A stretch of DNA of 33,339 nucleotides, taken from contig JAFGQD010000030.1 in the NCBI GenBank assembly GCA_016935875.1, positions 1-33,339 of the forward strand, written 5' to 3'. The DNA comes from Deltaproteobacteria bacterium (lineage in GTDB: Bacteria; Desulfobacterota; Syntrophia; Syntrophales; UBA2210). The notes below the pieces were generated by a model. The model searched no databases. It was not told the origin of the DNA and saw nothing but the letters and a program-made list of their open reading frames with translations. The position numbers and the translations under genes are program-made. Every line of letters begins with the position of its first letter. Position 1 is the first letter of the stretch. Positions 10,952-19,392 of this stretch are shown piece by piece.

Positions 10952-11734
10952 ATGGAATATAAAAATATTATTTTCAGTGTGGAAGAGGGGATAGCCACCA
11001 TTACCTTCAACAGACCAAAGGCACTCAACGCCATGAATTCCGAGACCATGCTGGAACTCAAGGATGCCGTTACGGTATGCAAAGATGATGATACTATCAG
11101 GGTTCTCATACTGACCGGGTCCGGAGAAAAGTCCTTTGTGGCCGGTGCCGATATAGCACAGATGCAGGATATGGAACCGCGTGAATCCCTCGCATTCATG
11201 GAACTGGGGCATGAAACACTGAGACTCCTTGAAACCCTGCCAAAACCATCCATAGCTGCGGTTAATGGATTCGCGCTTGGTGGGGGCGCGGAAATTTCTA
11301 TGGCCTGCGATGTCCGCTTTGTTTCTGAGAACGCGAAGTTCGGCCAGCCTGAAATCATGATAGGCCTGATTCCTGGCTGGGGCGGCACCCAGAGGCTCTC
11401 CCGCCTGATTGGCATGGGACGCGCGAAGGAACTTGTGCTGGGCGGGGGACAGATTGACGCCGCGAGGGCATACGAAATCGGCCTGGCAAACAGGGTATAT
11501 CCTCTCGATCAGCTTCTGGAAGAAACCAAAAAATTTGCACAAAAACTGATCGCTATGCCTCCATTCGGGCTCAAGATGGCAAAACATGCCATCAACTTTG
11601 GATACGACCTCTCACTCGATAACGCCAACAGGCTTGAGGTTGAGTGCTGCGCCCAGTGCTTCAGCACACGAGATCAAAAGGAAGGGATGAAGGCATTTCT
11701 TGAAAAGAGAAAGCCGAACTATATCGGCAGATAA
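10952..11734 (+). CDS. crt: short-chain enoyl-CoA hydratase (crotonase)
   Basis: Crotonase fold with FVAGADI, GGGAEISMACD and GQPEIMIGLIPGWGGTQRL. AAGGAG RBS 7 nt upstream. Confidence 0.9.
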   Translation: MEYKNIIFSVEEGIATITFNRPKALNAMNSETMLELKDAVTVCKDDDTIRVLILTGSGEKSFVAGADIAQMQDMEPRESLAFMELGHETLRLLETLPKPSIAAVNGFALGGGAEISMACDVRFVSENAKFGQPEIMIGLIPGWGGTQRLSRLIGMGRAKELVLGGGQIDAARAYEIGLANRVYPLDQLLEETKKFAQKLIAMPPFGLKMAKHAINFGYDLSLDNANRLEVECCAQCFSTRDQKEGMKAFLEKRKPNYIGR

Positions 11735-11789
11735 GAGCCTTGCAAGGCGGAGTCAGCAGCGCCGTTAGAGAATACCTTCAGGCTCTCGA

Positions 11790-11895
11790 CGAGAAGAACG
11801 GTGTATTGCTGAGTTTCATTTACAACAATGTATTGAAATCGGTATTCCAGTTATTAAACCGGAATACCGATTTCTTTCTGGTGAAGGTAAAAAAA
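11790..11895 (-). mobile_element. solo 3'-end fragment of an IS1595-family element
   Basis: The reverse-strand translation ...FRFNNWNTDFNTLL* (stop at 11820-11822) parallels FRFNKRNTDFYTLM* of the copy ending at 12201. By eye the nucleotide sequences are about three-quarters identical over ~100 nt, including sequence past the stop codon. Confidence 0.55.
11836..11873 (+). repeat. perfect 13-bp inverted repeat (aaatcggtattcc / ggaataccgattt, 12-nt loop), possible crt terminator
   Basis: Read directly from the sequence. On the + strand it is followed by cuuucu (U-rich) and lies 100 nt after the crt stop. It sits inside the IS fragment. Confidence 0.8.
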
Positions 11896-12169
11896 GTCCA
11901 GAAATAGTGACGCTGAGACCGGTGTAGCCACGTCAAAGTGACGTATGGCATGTCATATCGGTGTGTGTCGCTTAACCGGTTGATTATATGTATGAAGACA
12001 TAATGTGATCCTGAGGATAGGCCATTATGGCATGCCAGTCAGTCGCTCTGGTTCTTCTGAAATACGGTGCCATCGGGATAATATTGCTATAACATAAAGA
12101 AATAATATGATAATACGGACATGCAACTTAATATTCATTGATTGGCATGATTAGTGAATGAGGCTCATG

Positions 12170-12880
12170 ACTAGAGTTGCGGTTTATTTTTGAAGTTCTT
12201 TTACATTAATGTATAGAAATCGGTATTGCGTTTATTGAACCGGAACTCACATTCTTTCAAGTGAAGATAAAGGGTTGATTGGGGGATTCCATGGAATTCC
12301 ATACGCGCTTTGTTTTGCACATGACCAGAAGGATTCAATGCCATGTATATGGTTTCCCCTCTGGCACATTCATAGCCGCTGTGATGCACACGACAATGCT
12401 TTATATCCCCCAGGTTACCCAGGCCGTTATAGCCTCTTCAGCAATCTGAAACATACCTTATCCAGCTCTGATAATGCCCTGTTGTGTCTTTCTTGGATAA
12501 TCAGGAATATTATCATTTTCAGTATAGACGTTGCCTTTTCGTTGAAGAATAGCGAATAGAGGAGTTTTTCCACGAACACTACGACCACGCTTCCCTTTGA
12601 TCCGTTTTGTACAAAAGGAGGATTCATCGACTTCGATCTTTCCTTGCAGGGTGAAGCCTGTTCGTATATTTCGGTAATTCTTTTACGAATCAGATGCACA
12701 TACCGATTCACTGTATTTCTGTTGAACTTTTTAAAGAGCAATCGTATAACCAGAATGATTTAAAAGTTCTCGGGAATAGGGCTCTGCAATCCCGGCATGG
12801 TTCCATACATGTTAGGTCTTGACATGACTAGATTTTCAGCACAATCTATTGTGTTGTTCCAGTCAAGAGCCTCGTTTAAA
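12170..12880 (-). mobile_element. degenerate, probably 5'-truncated IS1595-family insertion sequence
   Basis: An AT-rich block containing transposase-derived reading frames in three phases. The boundaries are approximate, and I could not define terminal inverted repeats or target duplications. Confidence 0.65.
12201..12760 (-). pseudogene. IS1595-family (ISXO2-like DDE) transposase, frameshifted with in-frame stops
   Basis: Family-typical pieces are spread over different frames: FNRNTVNRYVHLIRKRI, GKIEVDESSF..KGKRGRSVRGKTPLFAILQRKGNVYTE, HIHGIESFWS, FHGIPQSTLYLHLKECEFRFNKRN. Confidence 0.7.
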
Positions 12881-12882
12881 CA

Positions 12883-12944
12883 GGATAAAAAGGAAGGGAT
12901 GAAGGCATTTCTTGATAAGAGAAAGCCACACACTATATCGTCAG
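12883..12944 (+). pseudogene. 3'-terminal remnant of a second crotonase gene
   Basis: 39 of 40 nt are identical to crt 11677-11716 (aaaaggaagggatgaaggcatttcttgaNaagagaaagcc, encoding KEGMKAFL[E/D]KRKP). A 2-nt indel follows and destroys the frame and stop. No upstream part of that gene remains. Confidence 0.7.
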
Positions 12945-13007
12945 GTACGGACCCGGCAAAACGGGTCCACTGGTTCCGATATAGAATATTTTTAGAAGGA
13001 GAAGTTT

Positions 13008-14156
13008 ATGAATTTTTCGCTCACAGAAGAGCAACAAATGGTAAAGGACATGGTAGCACGGTTTGTCAACGAAGAGATCAAGCCGGCAGCGGAAGAGCTC
13101 GATCGTAGTCACAGACATCCCAACGAGATATGTCGAAAGCTCGGAGAGATGGGTCTTATGGGTGTATCGGTTCCGACAGAATTCGGCGGAGCAGGTATGG
13201 ACAACGTGACATATGCCATTGCCCTTATGGAGATTTCGAGGGGCTGCGCGAGTTGCGGAGTCATCACATCGGTGAACAATTCCCTCTATGGACACCCCGT
13301 CAAGACGTTCGGTACGGATGAGCAGAAGAAAAAATTTCTGTCGCCTGTTGCCGGCGGTGAAGTCGAAGGATGCTATGCCCTGACAGAAGCGGGTGCGGGT
13401 TGCGACGCTGCGTCACTCAGGTGCCGCGCGGAGCTGAAAGGTGACAAGTACATCGTCAATGGTGTCAAGAAGTTTATCACCAGCGGCAACGTGGCAAAGT
13501 ACTGTGTCCTGGCGGCAACCGAAGATACCGCAAAGGGCTACAAGGGTATTTTGAATCTCATCGTGGATCTGGAGAACACTCCGGGCTTTTCCGTCGGCAC
13601 CATAGAGGACAAGATGGGAATACTCGCCTCCGGAACGGCGGAGCTGGTCTTTGAGGACGCGGAAGTGCCCGTCGAGAATCTCCTGGGTAAACCCGGAGAG
13701 GGATTTCAACAGATGATGGCGGGTCTCAACGCCGGCAGAATAGGAATCGGATGCCAAGCCTGCGGCATAGGCAGGGCGGTCCTTGAAGATTCACTCGAAT
13801 ACGCGAAGGAGAGGGTGCAGTTCGGAAAGCCTATTACCTCATTCCAGGCAATCCAGTGGAAACTGGCTGATATGGCCACCGAGCTGGACGCGGCGGAGAT
13901 GCTGCTTCTCAAAGCCGCCTGGCTGGAGGATAACGGCTATAACTTCGAAAAAGAATCCGCAATGGCAAAAATGTACGCCTCCGACGTGGCCATGAGAGCC
14001 GCCATAGAAGGCGTTCAGATATTCGGAGGCTATGGATACTGCAAAGATTATCCCGCTGAAAGACATATGCGGGATGCGAAGATATGCCAGATATACGAAG
14101 GCACCAATGAGGTCCAGAGAATGGTTATTGCCCGGAAGCTGTTAGGGGCAAGATAG
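13008..14156 (+). CDS. acyl-CoA dehydrogenase (butyryl-CoA dehydrogenase-like)
   Basis: 382 aa. GAAGGAG RBS. Contains CYALTEAGAGCDA and the C-terminal catalytic-Glu region IYEGTNEVQRMVIAR. Confidence 0.9.
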   Translation: MNFSLTEEQQMVKDMVARFVNEEIKPAAEELDRSHRHPNEICRKLGEMGLMGVSVPTEFGGAGMDNVTYAIALMEISRGCASCGVITSVNNSLYGHPVKTFGTDEQKKKFLSPVAGGEVEGCYALTEAGAGCDAASLRCRAELKGDKYIVNGVKKFITSGNVAKYCVLAATEDTAKGYKGILNLIVDLENTPGFSVGTIEDKMGILASGTAELVFEDAEVPVENLLGKPGEGFQQMMAGLNAGRIGIGCQACGIGRAVLEDSLEYAKERVQFGKPITSFQAIQWKLADMATELDAAEMLLLKAAWLEDNGYNFEKESAMAKMYASDVAMRAAIEGVQIFGGYGYCKDYPAERHMRDAKICQIYEGTNEVQRMVIARKLLGAR

Positions 14157-14169
14157 TATGTACCCGATG

Positions 14170-14217
14170 AAGGATTAAGAGGCTTGAGGAATAAGCCTCT
14201 TAATCCTTTCATTTTTG
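14170..14217 (+). terminator. Rho-independent terminator after the acyl-CoA dehydrogenase gene
   Basis: Perfect 16-bp stem aaggattaagaggctt / aagcctcttaatcctt with a 7-nt loop, followed by tcatttttg. Confidence 0.85.
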
Positions 14218-14253
14218 TAAGTTCTCCAACCTTGCACTATCGAACAGGGCGCC

Positions 14254-15948
14254 ATGAACTTTACACTGAACCGACTGCCCCATTATGAAGGGACAAGGGG
14301 GCCTCTGCTCCTGATTATCTTGGACGGGATGGGGCTGTACCGTGGGAGGGATAGCGGGTATCCCGGCAATGCCATCGACATCGCGGCTCCGCGAAACTTG
14401 TGCCGACTCATGGAAAACGAAAAGATAGCAACCCGTCTCAGGGCTCATGGGACAGCGGTAGGGATGCCCTCGGACAGAGACCAGGGAAACAGCGAAGTAG
14501 GACACAACGCCATGGGGGCGGGCCGGATCTTCGCGCAGGGGGCAAAACTGGTGGAGGATGCTATCGAAAGCGGCAGTCTCTTCGAGGGAAAAACCTGGAA
14601 AAAGATACTATCCAATTCCCTGGCGGCAAAGACCCCTGTCCATTTCATAGGCCTTATATCAGATGGAAACGTCCACAGTAACATATCGCAGCTTATCTCT
14701 CTGATAGGACAGTGCGACAAGGAAGGCGTGGAGGAGGTATATGTTCACGGCCTCCTGGATGGACGGGATGTCCCCCCCATCAGCGCCCTTCGTTATTTCG
14801 GCGAACTGGAAGACTATCTCGGGGCCCTGCGCGCCCGGGCCAAGGAAACGAGCAAAAAACGCCGGTATTTTATTGCATCCGGAGGGGGCAGAATGGTGAC
14901 CACCATGGACCGTTACGAGGCGGACTGGTCCATCGTTGAAAGGGGTTATCATGCCCACGTCCTGGGTATTGGCCCGAAATTTCCCGACTGCTTTACAGCC
15001 ATCAGTGCTCTGCGCGACAAAGAAACTGCCGACGACCAATACCTTTCACCCTGGGTAATCCACGAACCCGATAAACCGGATACACCCCTTACACAAATCA
15101 GAGATGGTCATGGCGTCGTTCTGTTTAACTTCCGGGGAGACCGGGCGCTTGAGATCAGTCGCGCTTTTGTTGAAGACGATTTCAAGGGGTTTACACGCAA
15201 ATACCGCCCCGATGTCATATACGCCGGTATGCTTGAGTATGACGCGGATACCCGGATGCCTCCCGAATATCTCGTCGAGCCGCCTGCCATCGACCGCACA
15301 CTGTCGGAATATCTGGCGGAGAACGGTGTTTCGCAATACGCCATAAGCGAGACTCAGAAATTCGGTCATGTAACCTATTTCTGGAACGGGAACAATTCTG
15401 ACAAGTTTAACGAGAAGCTTGAGGAGTGGGTGAAAATAGAATCCGACCGAGTCCCCTTTGACCAGGCGCCGGAGATGAAGGCCGATGAAATAGCATCTCA
15501 TACGATATCGGCTCTGCAATCCGGTACTTACAAATTCCTCCGTTTGAATTTTCCGAATGGGGATATGGTGGGGCACACAGGATCACTCACGGCGGCAGTG
15601 AAGGCTGTAGATGCGGTCGACCGGGCTGTAGGCAGGCTGATTGAAGCGGTGGACAACCTCGGCGGCACAGTCGTAATAACCGCCGATCACGGAAAATGCG
15701 AGCAGATGATAGCCGTGGACGAAAAAACGGGAAAACCAGTCACGGGACCGGGTGGGGAGTACAAGCCACAGACAAGCCATACCCTGAATCCGGTACCTTT
15801 CATTATCCATGGCCCCGATACCGGCCGTTACGAACTTTCAGGAATCCCGGATCCGGGGCTCGGCAACATCGCCGCAACCATTCTTCTGCTCCTCGGATAC
15901 GAGAAACCGGAGGACTACCTCGAATCGATCATAAAGATTCAAGATTAA
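14254..15948 (+). CDS. gpmI: 2,3-bisphosphoglycerate-independent phosphoglycerate mutase (long form)
   Basis: LLIILDGMG, GNSEVGHNAMGAGR, GLLDGRD, ITADHG. 564 aa. Confidence 0.88.
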   Translation: MNFTLNRLPHYEGTRGPLLLIILDGMGLYRGRDSGYPGNAIDIAAPRNLCRLMENEKIATRLRAHGTAVGMPSDRDQGNSEVGHNAMGAGRIFAQGAKLVEDAIESGSLFEGKTWKKILSNSLAAKTPVHFIGLISDGNVHSNISQLISLIGQCDKEGVEEVYVHGLLDGRDVPPISALRYFGELEDYLGALRARAKETSKKRRYFIASGGGRMVTTMDRYEADWSIVERGYHAHVLGIGPKFPDCFTAISALRDKETADDQYLSPWVIHEPDKPDTPLTQIRDGHGVVLFNFRGDRALEISRAFVEDDFKGFTRKYRPDVIYAGMLEYDADTRMPPEYLVEPPAIDRTLSEYLAENGVSQYAISETQKFGHVTYFWNGNNSDKFNEKLEEWVKIESDRVPFDQAPEMKADEIASHTISALQSGTYKFLRLNFPNGDMVGHTGSLTAAVKAVDAVDRAVGRLIEAVDNLGGTVVITADHGKCEQMIAVDEKTGKPVTGPGGEYKPQTSHTLNPVPFIIHGPDTGRYELSGIPDPGLGNIAATILLLLGYEKPEDYLESIIKIQD

Positions 15949-16034
15949 AAGATAGGGAGGGAAGACCGCTGCCTTCCTTCATTACTCCGTGCAACTGAAG
16001 TCAGCTTCTACCTGCCAACCCTGTGAACCTTTGA

Positions 16035-16502
16035 CTAATATATCCCCGCCTCGATGCCGCCGGCGATCGTCTGGCCCAGTTCCCTGCACTGAGCGAGAAT
16101 CTCGCCAGTAACTCCTCCCGCTGAATCCCTCGCGATAACAGGATGGTATACCTTCTTGAACTGATACCCGAGGGCGATGCGCTCTATGCTGTTCAGGGCT
16201 CCTGTTCCGTCGTTTCCCGCACTGATAAAAACAACAAAGGGCTTTCTGAAAACCTTTCCCTCCGCTGGATAAAAGGTGCGGTCAAAAAAATCCTTGACGG
16301 CGCCTGACATGTACCCGAAGTTTTCCGGGGTCCCGATCGCAAGTCCGTCGCAACCAAGAAGATCTTCAAGAGACGCGTCTTGCGCCTTCTTGAGGATCAC
16401 CTCAGCGTTCTCGATACTCACCACCCCCTGCGCGACCTCCCGCGCCATCTTTTCTGTGTTTCCCGTCTGCGAATGATACACAATCAATATCCTGGTCATC
16501 AT
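16035..16502 (-). CDS. flavodoxin-like FMN-binding protein
   Basis: ILIVYHSQTGNTEKMA phosphate-binding loop; about 155 aa. The start region reads GTG-ATG-ATG (16505/16502/16499), and the ATG at 16502 overlaps the upstream stop codon (TGATG). Confidence 0.7.
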   Translation of the reverse strand: MMTRILIVYHSQTGNTEKMAREVAQGVVSIENAEVILKKAQDASLEDLLGCDGLAIGTPENFGYMSGAVKDFFDRTFYPAEGKVFRKPFVVFISAGNDGTGALNSIERIALGYQFKKVYHPVIARDSAGGVTGEILAQCRELGQTIAGGIEAGIY

Positions 16503-17275
16503 CACTCCAGCGAATCAACAAATTCACGCAAGGCCACGTTACATGTGTTCGGATCCTCCATCATGACAAAGTGCCCCGCATCCTTTATCAGTACCATTTT
16601 TGCGCCTGCAATATGTTCCTCCATATACCGGGAAAATTTGGGCGGCATCATCTTATCTTCCTCTCCGCAGATCAGGAGGGCAGGGATTCTAATCTGTCCC
16701 AGTCTTCCCGATATATCGAACCGGTCGCATGCGAGAAAATTGCCATACGCGACCTCTTTGTCCATCCGTTCAAGATTCGCGACCAGAAAGTCTTTTAATC
16801 GTTCGCGATGTCTCTTCGAGACGGCGAAGGCGGGTATGGAATTAATGATCATCGAAGGATCCCCCCGCAAGCCGTCCAAGACCAGCGGGTTCACCGGCAT
16901 GGTTGCCCCGCCCCCTACCGCAACGACGCCGGACAGCCTGTCGCCGTATTGTATCGCTGATTCAAGGGCTATCGCGGCCCCCAGGGAATGACCTATCAGG
17001 ACAGGCCTTCGAAGACCGAGAGCCTCCACTGTCTTTTTGACCCACTTCGAGTATAGCGAGACTTCCCGCTCACCCTTCCCGCCTGATTGTCCATGCCCGG
17101 GGAGATCCACTGCGATGACATTAAACTGCTCATCCAGAGCGGCATACTGATCCTTCCAACTGTTATGGTCCCCCGTAGAACCGTGGATAAAAAACAGCGT
17201 TTTTCTCCCGTCAACAAGGCCGTCCTCATTCACCCGAAAGGCAATCTTTATTCCATCTATCTCCTGAAATTTCAT
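16502..17275 (-). CDS. alpha/beta-fold hydrolase (esterase/thioesterase-like)
   Basis: HGSTGDHNSW oxyanion region, nucleophile elbow GHSLGA, C-terminal DAGHFVMMEDP. The ATG at 17275 lies 6 nt after AAGGG. The ORF-track start (17281) is GTG. Confidence 0.75.
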   Translation of the reverse strand: MKFQEIDGIKIAFRVNEDGLVDGRKTLFFIHGSTGDHNSWKDQYAALDEQFNVIAVDLPGHGQSGGKGEREVSLYSKWVKKTVEALGLRRPVLIGHSLGAAIALESAIQYGDRLSGVVAVGGGATMPVNPLVLDGLRGDPSMIINSIPAFAVSKRHRERLKDFLVANLERMDKEVAYGNFLACDRFDISGRLGQIRIPALLICGEEDKMMPPKFSRYMEEHIAGAKMVLIKDAGHFVMMEDPNTCNVALREFVDSLE

Positions 17276-17310
17276 AAACACCCCTTACTCTTACTTCCTG
17301 TCCACATACT

Positions 17311-17342
17311 ATTCGGGCGGGAAGATCCCTCCCCGCCCGAAT
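17311..17342 (-). other. GC-rich intercistronic stem-loop between the fadD-like and hydrolase genes (no U tract)
   Basis: attcgggcggg / cccgcccgaat, an 11-bp perfect stem with a 10-nt loop. Confidence 0.5.
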
Positions 17343-17365
17343 TGTGACATACCTTTTTCTATGCC

Positions 17366-19063
17366 CTATTTCTTCCTCTTTGCCAGCTCTTCTTTTCTCA
17401 GGTCCTTGCGGAGGATTTTGCCGATATTGGTTTTTGGAAGTTCTTTGCGGAACTCCACCTCCGACGGAAGCTTATAGGTGGCCAGTTTGCCCTTGCAGAA
17501 CTCTATCATCTCTTCCTCTGTGGCGGTTTCTCCCTCCTTCAGCACCACAAAGACCTTGACATTTTCTCCCCGCTTCGGATCCGGGATTCCTATGGAGCAG
17601 GCCTCTTGGACCTTCGGATTCTCATAGAAGACCTCGTCTATGTCACGCGGATAGACATTGTAGCCACCCGATATAATCATATCTTTTTTGCGGTCCACGA
17701 TGTAGAAATATCCCTCATCATCCATCGTTGCAATGTCCCCCGTATAGACCCAGCCGTCCTTCAGGGTGTTTGCCGTCTCATCAGGCATACCCTTGTAGCC
17801 CTTCATGATCTGAGGCCCTTTAACGATCAGTTCTCCCGCCTCGCCGACAGGCATGTCCGTTACACCGTCATCCAGATCGACGATCCTGCAGAGCGTATCG
17901 GAGATGGGAAGTCCAACGCTCCCGACCTTGCGCGCACCTCCCGCAAACGGGTTGATATGCGTGACGGGTGTCGTCTCTGTCATTCCGAATCCTTCAACGA
18001 TAACCGACCCTGTAATCTTTTCAAAATCACTGATGACTTCGAGCGGAAGCGGCGCGCTCCCGGAGAAACAGCCCTTTATGGAGCTCATATCCGTCTTCTT
18101 GATATTGGGATGGTTCAGCATTCCTATGTACATGGTCGGTACCAGCGGCGCAAAGGTGGGTTTGAATTTCCCAATTGTTTCAAGAAGGGGCTCCGGCTGA
18201 GGCTTGGGAACCAGGATATCCGTCCATCCCATGTACACGGAAAAGTTCATTGCCGTGGACAGACCGAAGACATGGAAGAAGGGGAGCGCCCCCAGCATTC
18301 TCTCCGTTCCTTTGCCAAAGGTGGGGAACCACGCGGCGATGTGCTGCACCTGTTTACTCAGATTTGCGTGGGTCAGCATAACCCCCTTTGAAACACCCGT
18401 TGTACCCCCGGTGTACTGGTACATGGCCACATCTTCAAAATCGATCTTAACTGAAGGTGGATTGGGCGCATATTTCGAGATACAGTCCTTCCATGTATAG
18501 AGATCCTTTGCCGGTTTAACATCCGCGGCAAGTTTCTTTTTCTTTGCTACCAGCGGAAATAATATATTCTTGGGAAAGGGGAGGTAATCCCCAATCGAGG
18601 TATATACAATTTCTTTGATCTGTGTCTTCGGACGAAGATCGATCATCCGGTTTCCGAGAAGATCAAGCGTTATGAGTACCTTTGAACCGGAATCGTTAAA
18701 CTGATGCTCAAGCTCGACATCCGAGTAGAGGGGATTATTCATGACTGCTATACCCCCAACTTTCAGGATAGCGAAGTAGGCAGCGACACAGGGAATCAGG
18801 TTGGGCAGAAGAATCCCAACGGCATCTCCCTTTTTAACGCCGAAGGCCGTAAGGCAGGTAGCAAAACGATCCACCATCTCCTTGAGCCCCGCATAGGTCA
18901 GCTTATATCCCTGAAAAATAAGCGCATCCAAATCGGGAAAATTACGGGCCGACCGGTCAAGGAAATCCGGCATACACACATCCTCATAATCAACAAATTC
19001 CGGGACCCCTGCTTCATACGATTTAAGCCATGGTTTATCCTCATACTTGATTGCACTTGCCAT
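17366..19063 (-). CDS. medium/long-chain fatty-acid-CoA ligase (FadD-like, ANL superfamily)
   Basis: A3 YTGGTTGVSKG, A5 GFGMTE, YTGD, A8 DRKKDMIISGGYNVYPRDIDE, and an intact A10 LPKTNIGKILRK. AAGGAGGG RBS. Confidence 0.9.
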   Translation of the reverse strand: MASAIKYEDKPWLKSYEAGVPEFVDYEDVCMPDFLDRSARNFPDLDALIFQGYKLTYAGLKEMVDRFATCLTAFGVKKGDAVGILLPNLIPCVAAYFAILKVGGIAVMNNPLYSDVELEHQFNDSGSKVLITLDLLGNRMIDLRPKTQIKEIVYTSIGDYLPFPKNILFPLVAKKKKLAADVKPAKDLYTWKDCISKYAPNPPSVKIDFEDVAMYQYTGGTTGVSKGVMLTHANLSKQVQHIAAWFPTFGKGTERMLGALPFFHVFGLSTAMNFSVYMGWTDILVPKPQPEPLLETIGKFKPTFAPLVPTMYIGMLNHPNIKKTDMSSIKGCFSGSAPLPLEVISDFEKITGSVIVEGFGMTETTPVTHINPFAGGARKVGSVGLPISDTLCRIVDLDDGVTDMPVGEAGELIVKGPQIMKGYKGMPDETANTLKDGWVYTGDIATMDDEGYFYIVDRKKDMIISGGYNVYPRDIDEVFYENPKVQEACSIGIPDPKRGENVKVFVVLKEGETATEEEMIEFCKGKLATYKLPSEVEFRKELPKTNIGKILRKDLRKEELAKRKK

Positions 19064-19332
19064 AAGTTCCTGCCCTCCTTTAGGGTAAAATGTAAAAACT
19101 CAAAAATACTCCGTTCCAATCGGATAACAGGTCACGCAACCCGCTATTCGCCTTGTCTCCCCCTTGTACACCTCATCTATGCCCTTAATATACTTTCCCC
19201 GAAAAAGCTATTAAAACCTTCTGTTTCAACCTCAGTCATCTACACAGAATCAGACTGAACCCTTCTTCCGGAAGGTGTAGTATCTTCTCCTTTTTCTTTT
19301 CGACCCCACCCCTTGTGAAACGGTGGTCTCAT

Positions 19333-19368
19333 GAAAAAGGGCCCGCGATTTCAAGATCGGGGGCCCTT
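19333..19368 (-). terminator. Rho-independent terminator after the FeS oxidoreductase gene
   Basis: Minus strand: AAGGGCCCCCGAU / AUCGCGGGCCCUU, 12 bp plus one mismatch with a 6-nt loop, running into UUUUUC. It lies 25 nt after the stop. Confidence 0.7.
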
Positions 19369-19392
19369 ATAATTACACTAACATGAATTCTC

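Noticed and set aside
12361-12376. Sigma54-like TGGCAC-N5-TAGC on the + strand.
   Set aside because: The -12 element is imperfect (TAGC versus TTGC). It lies inside the decayed transposase gene and has no downstream gene within a sensible distance.
12797-13108. 103-aa ORF (+) spanning the IS edge, the crotonase remnant and the start of the acyl-CoA dehydrogenase gene.
   Set aside because: It is a composite read-through of unrelated pieces. Its only recognisable part (KKEGMKAFLDKRKP) is the crotonase 3' remnant, and its 3' third is an out-of-frame overlap with the dehydrogenase gene. The antisense ORF 12275-12559 within the IS is rejected for the same reason.
14215-14253. TTGTAA-17-TATCGA immediately before the gpmI ATG, suggesting a leaderless gpmI transcript.
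   Set aside because: The -10 matches only 3/6, and the predicted TSS would fall at or after the start codon. This is too weak to call. gpmI may instead be read through from upstream or use an undetected promoter.
19265-19274. Perfect 10-bp palindrome CTTCCGGAAG upstream of the fadD-like gene.
   Set aside because: About 30 perfect 10-bp palindromes are expected by chance in 33 kb, and there is no supporting context.
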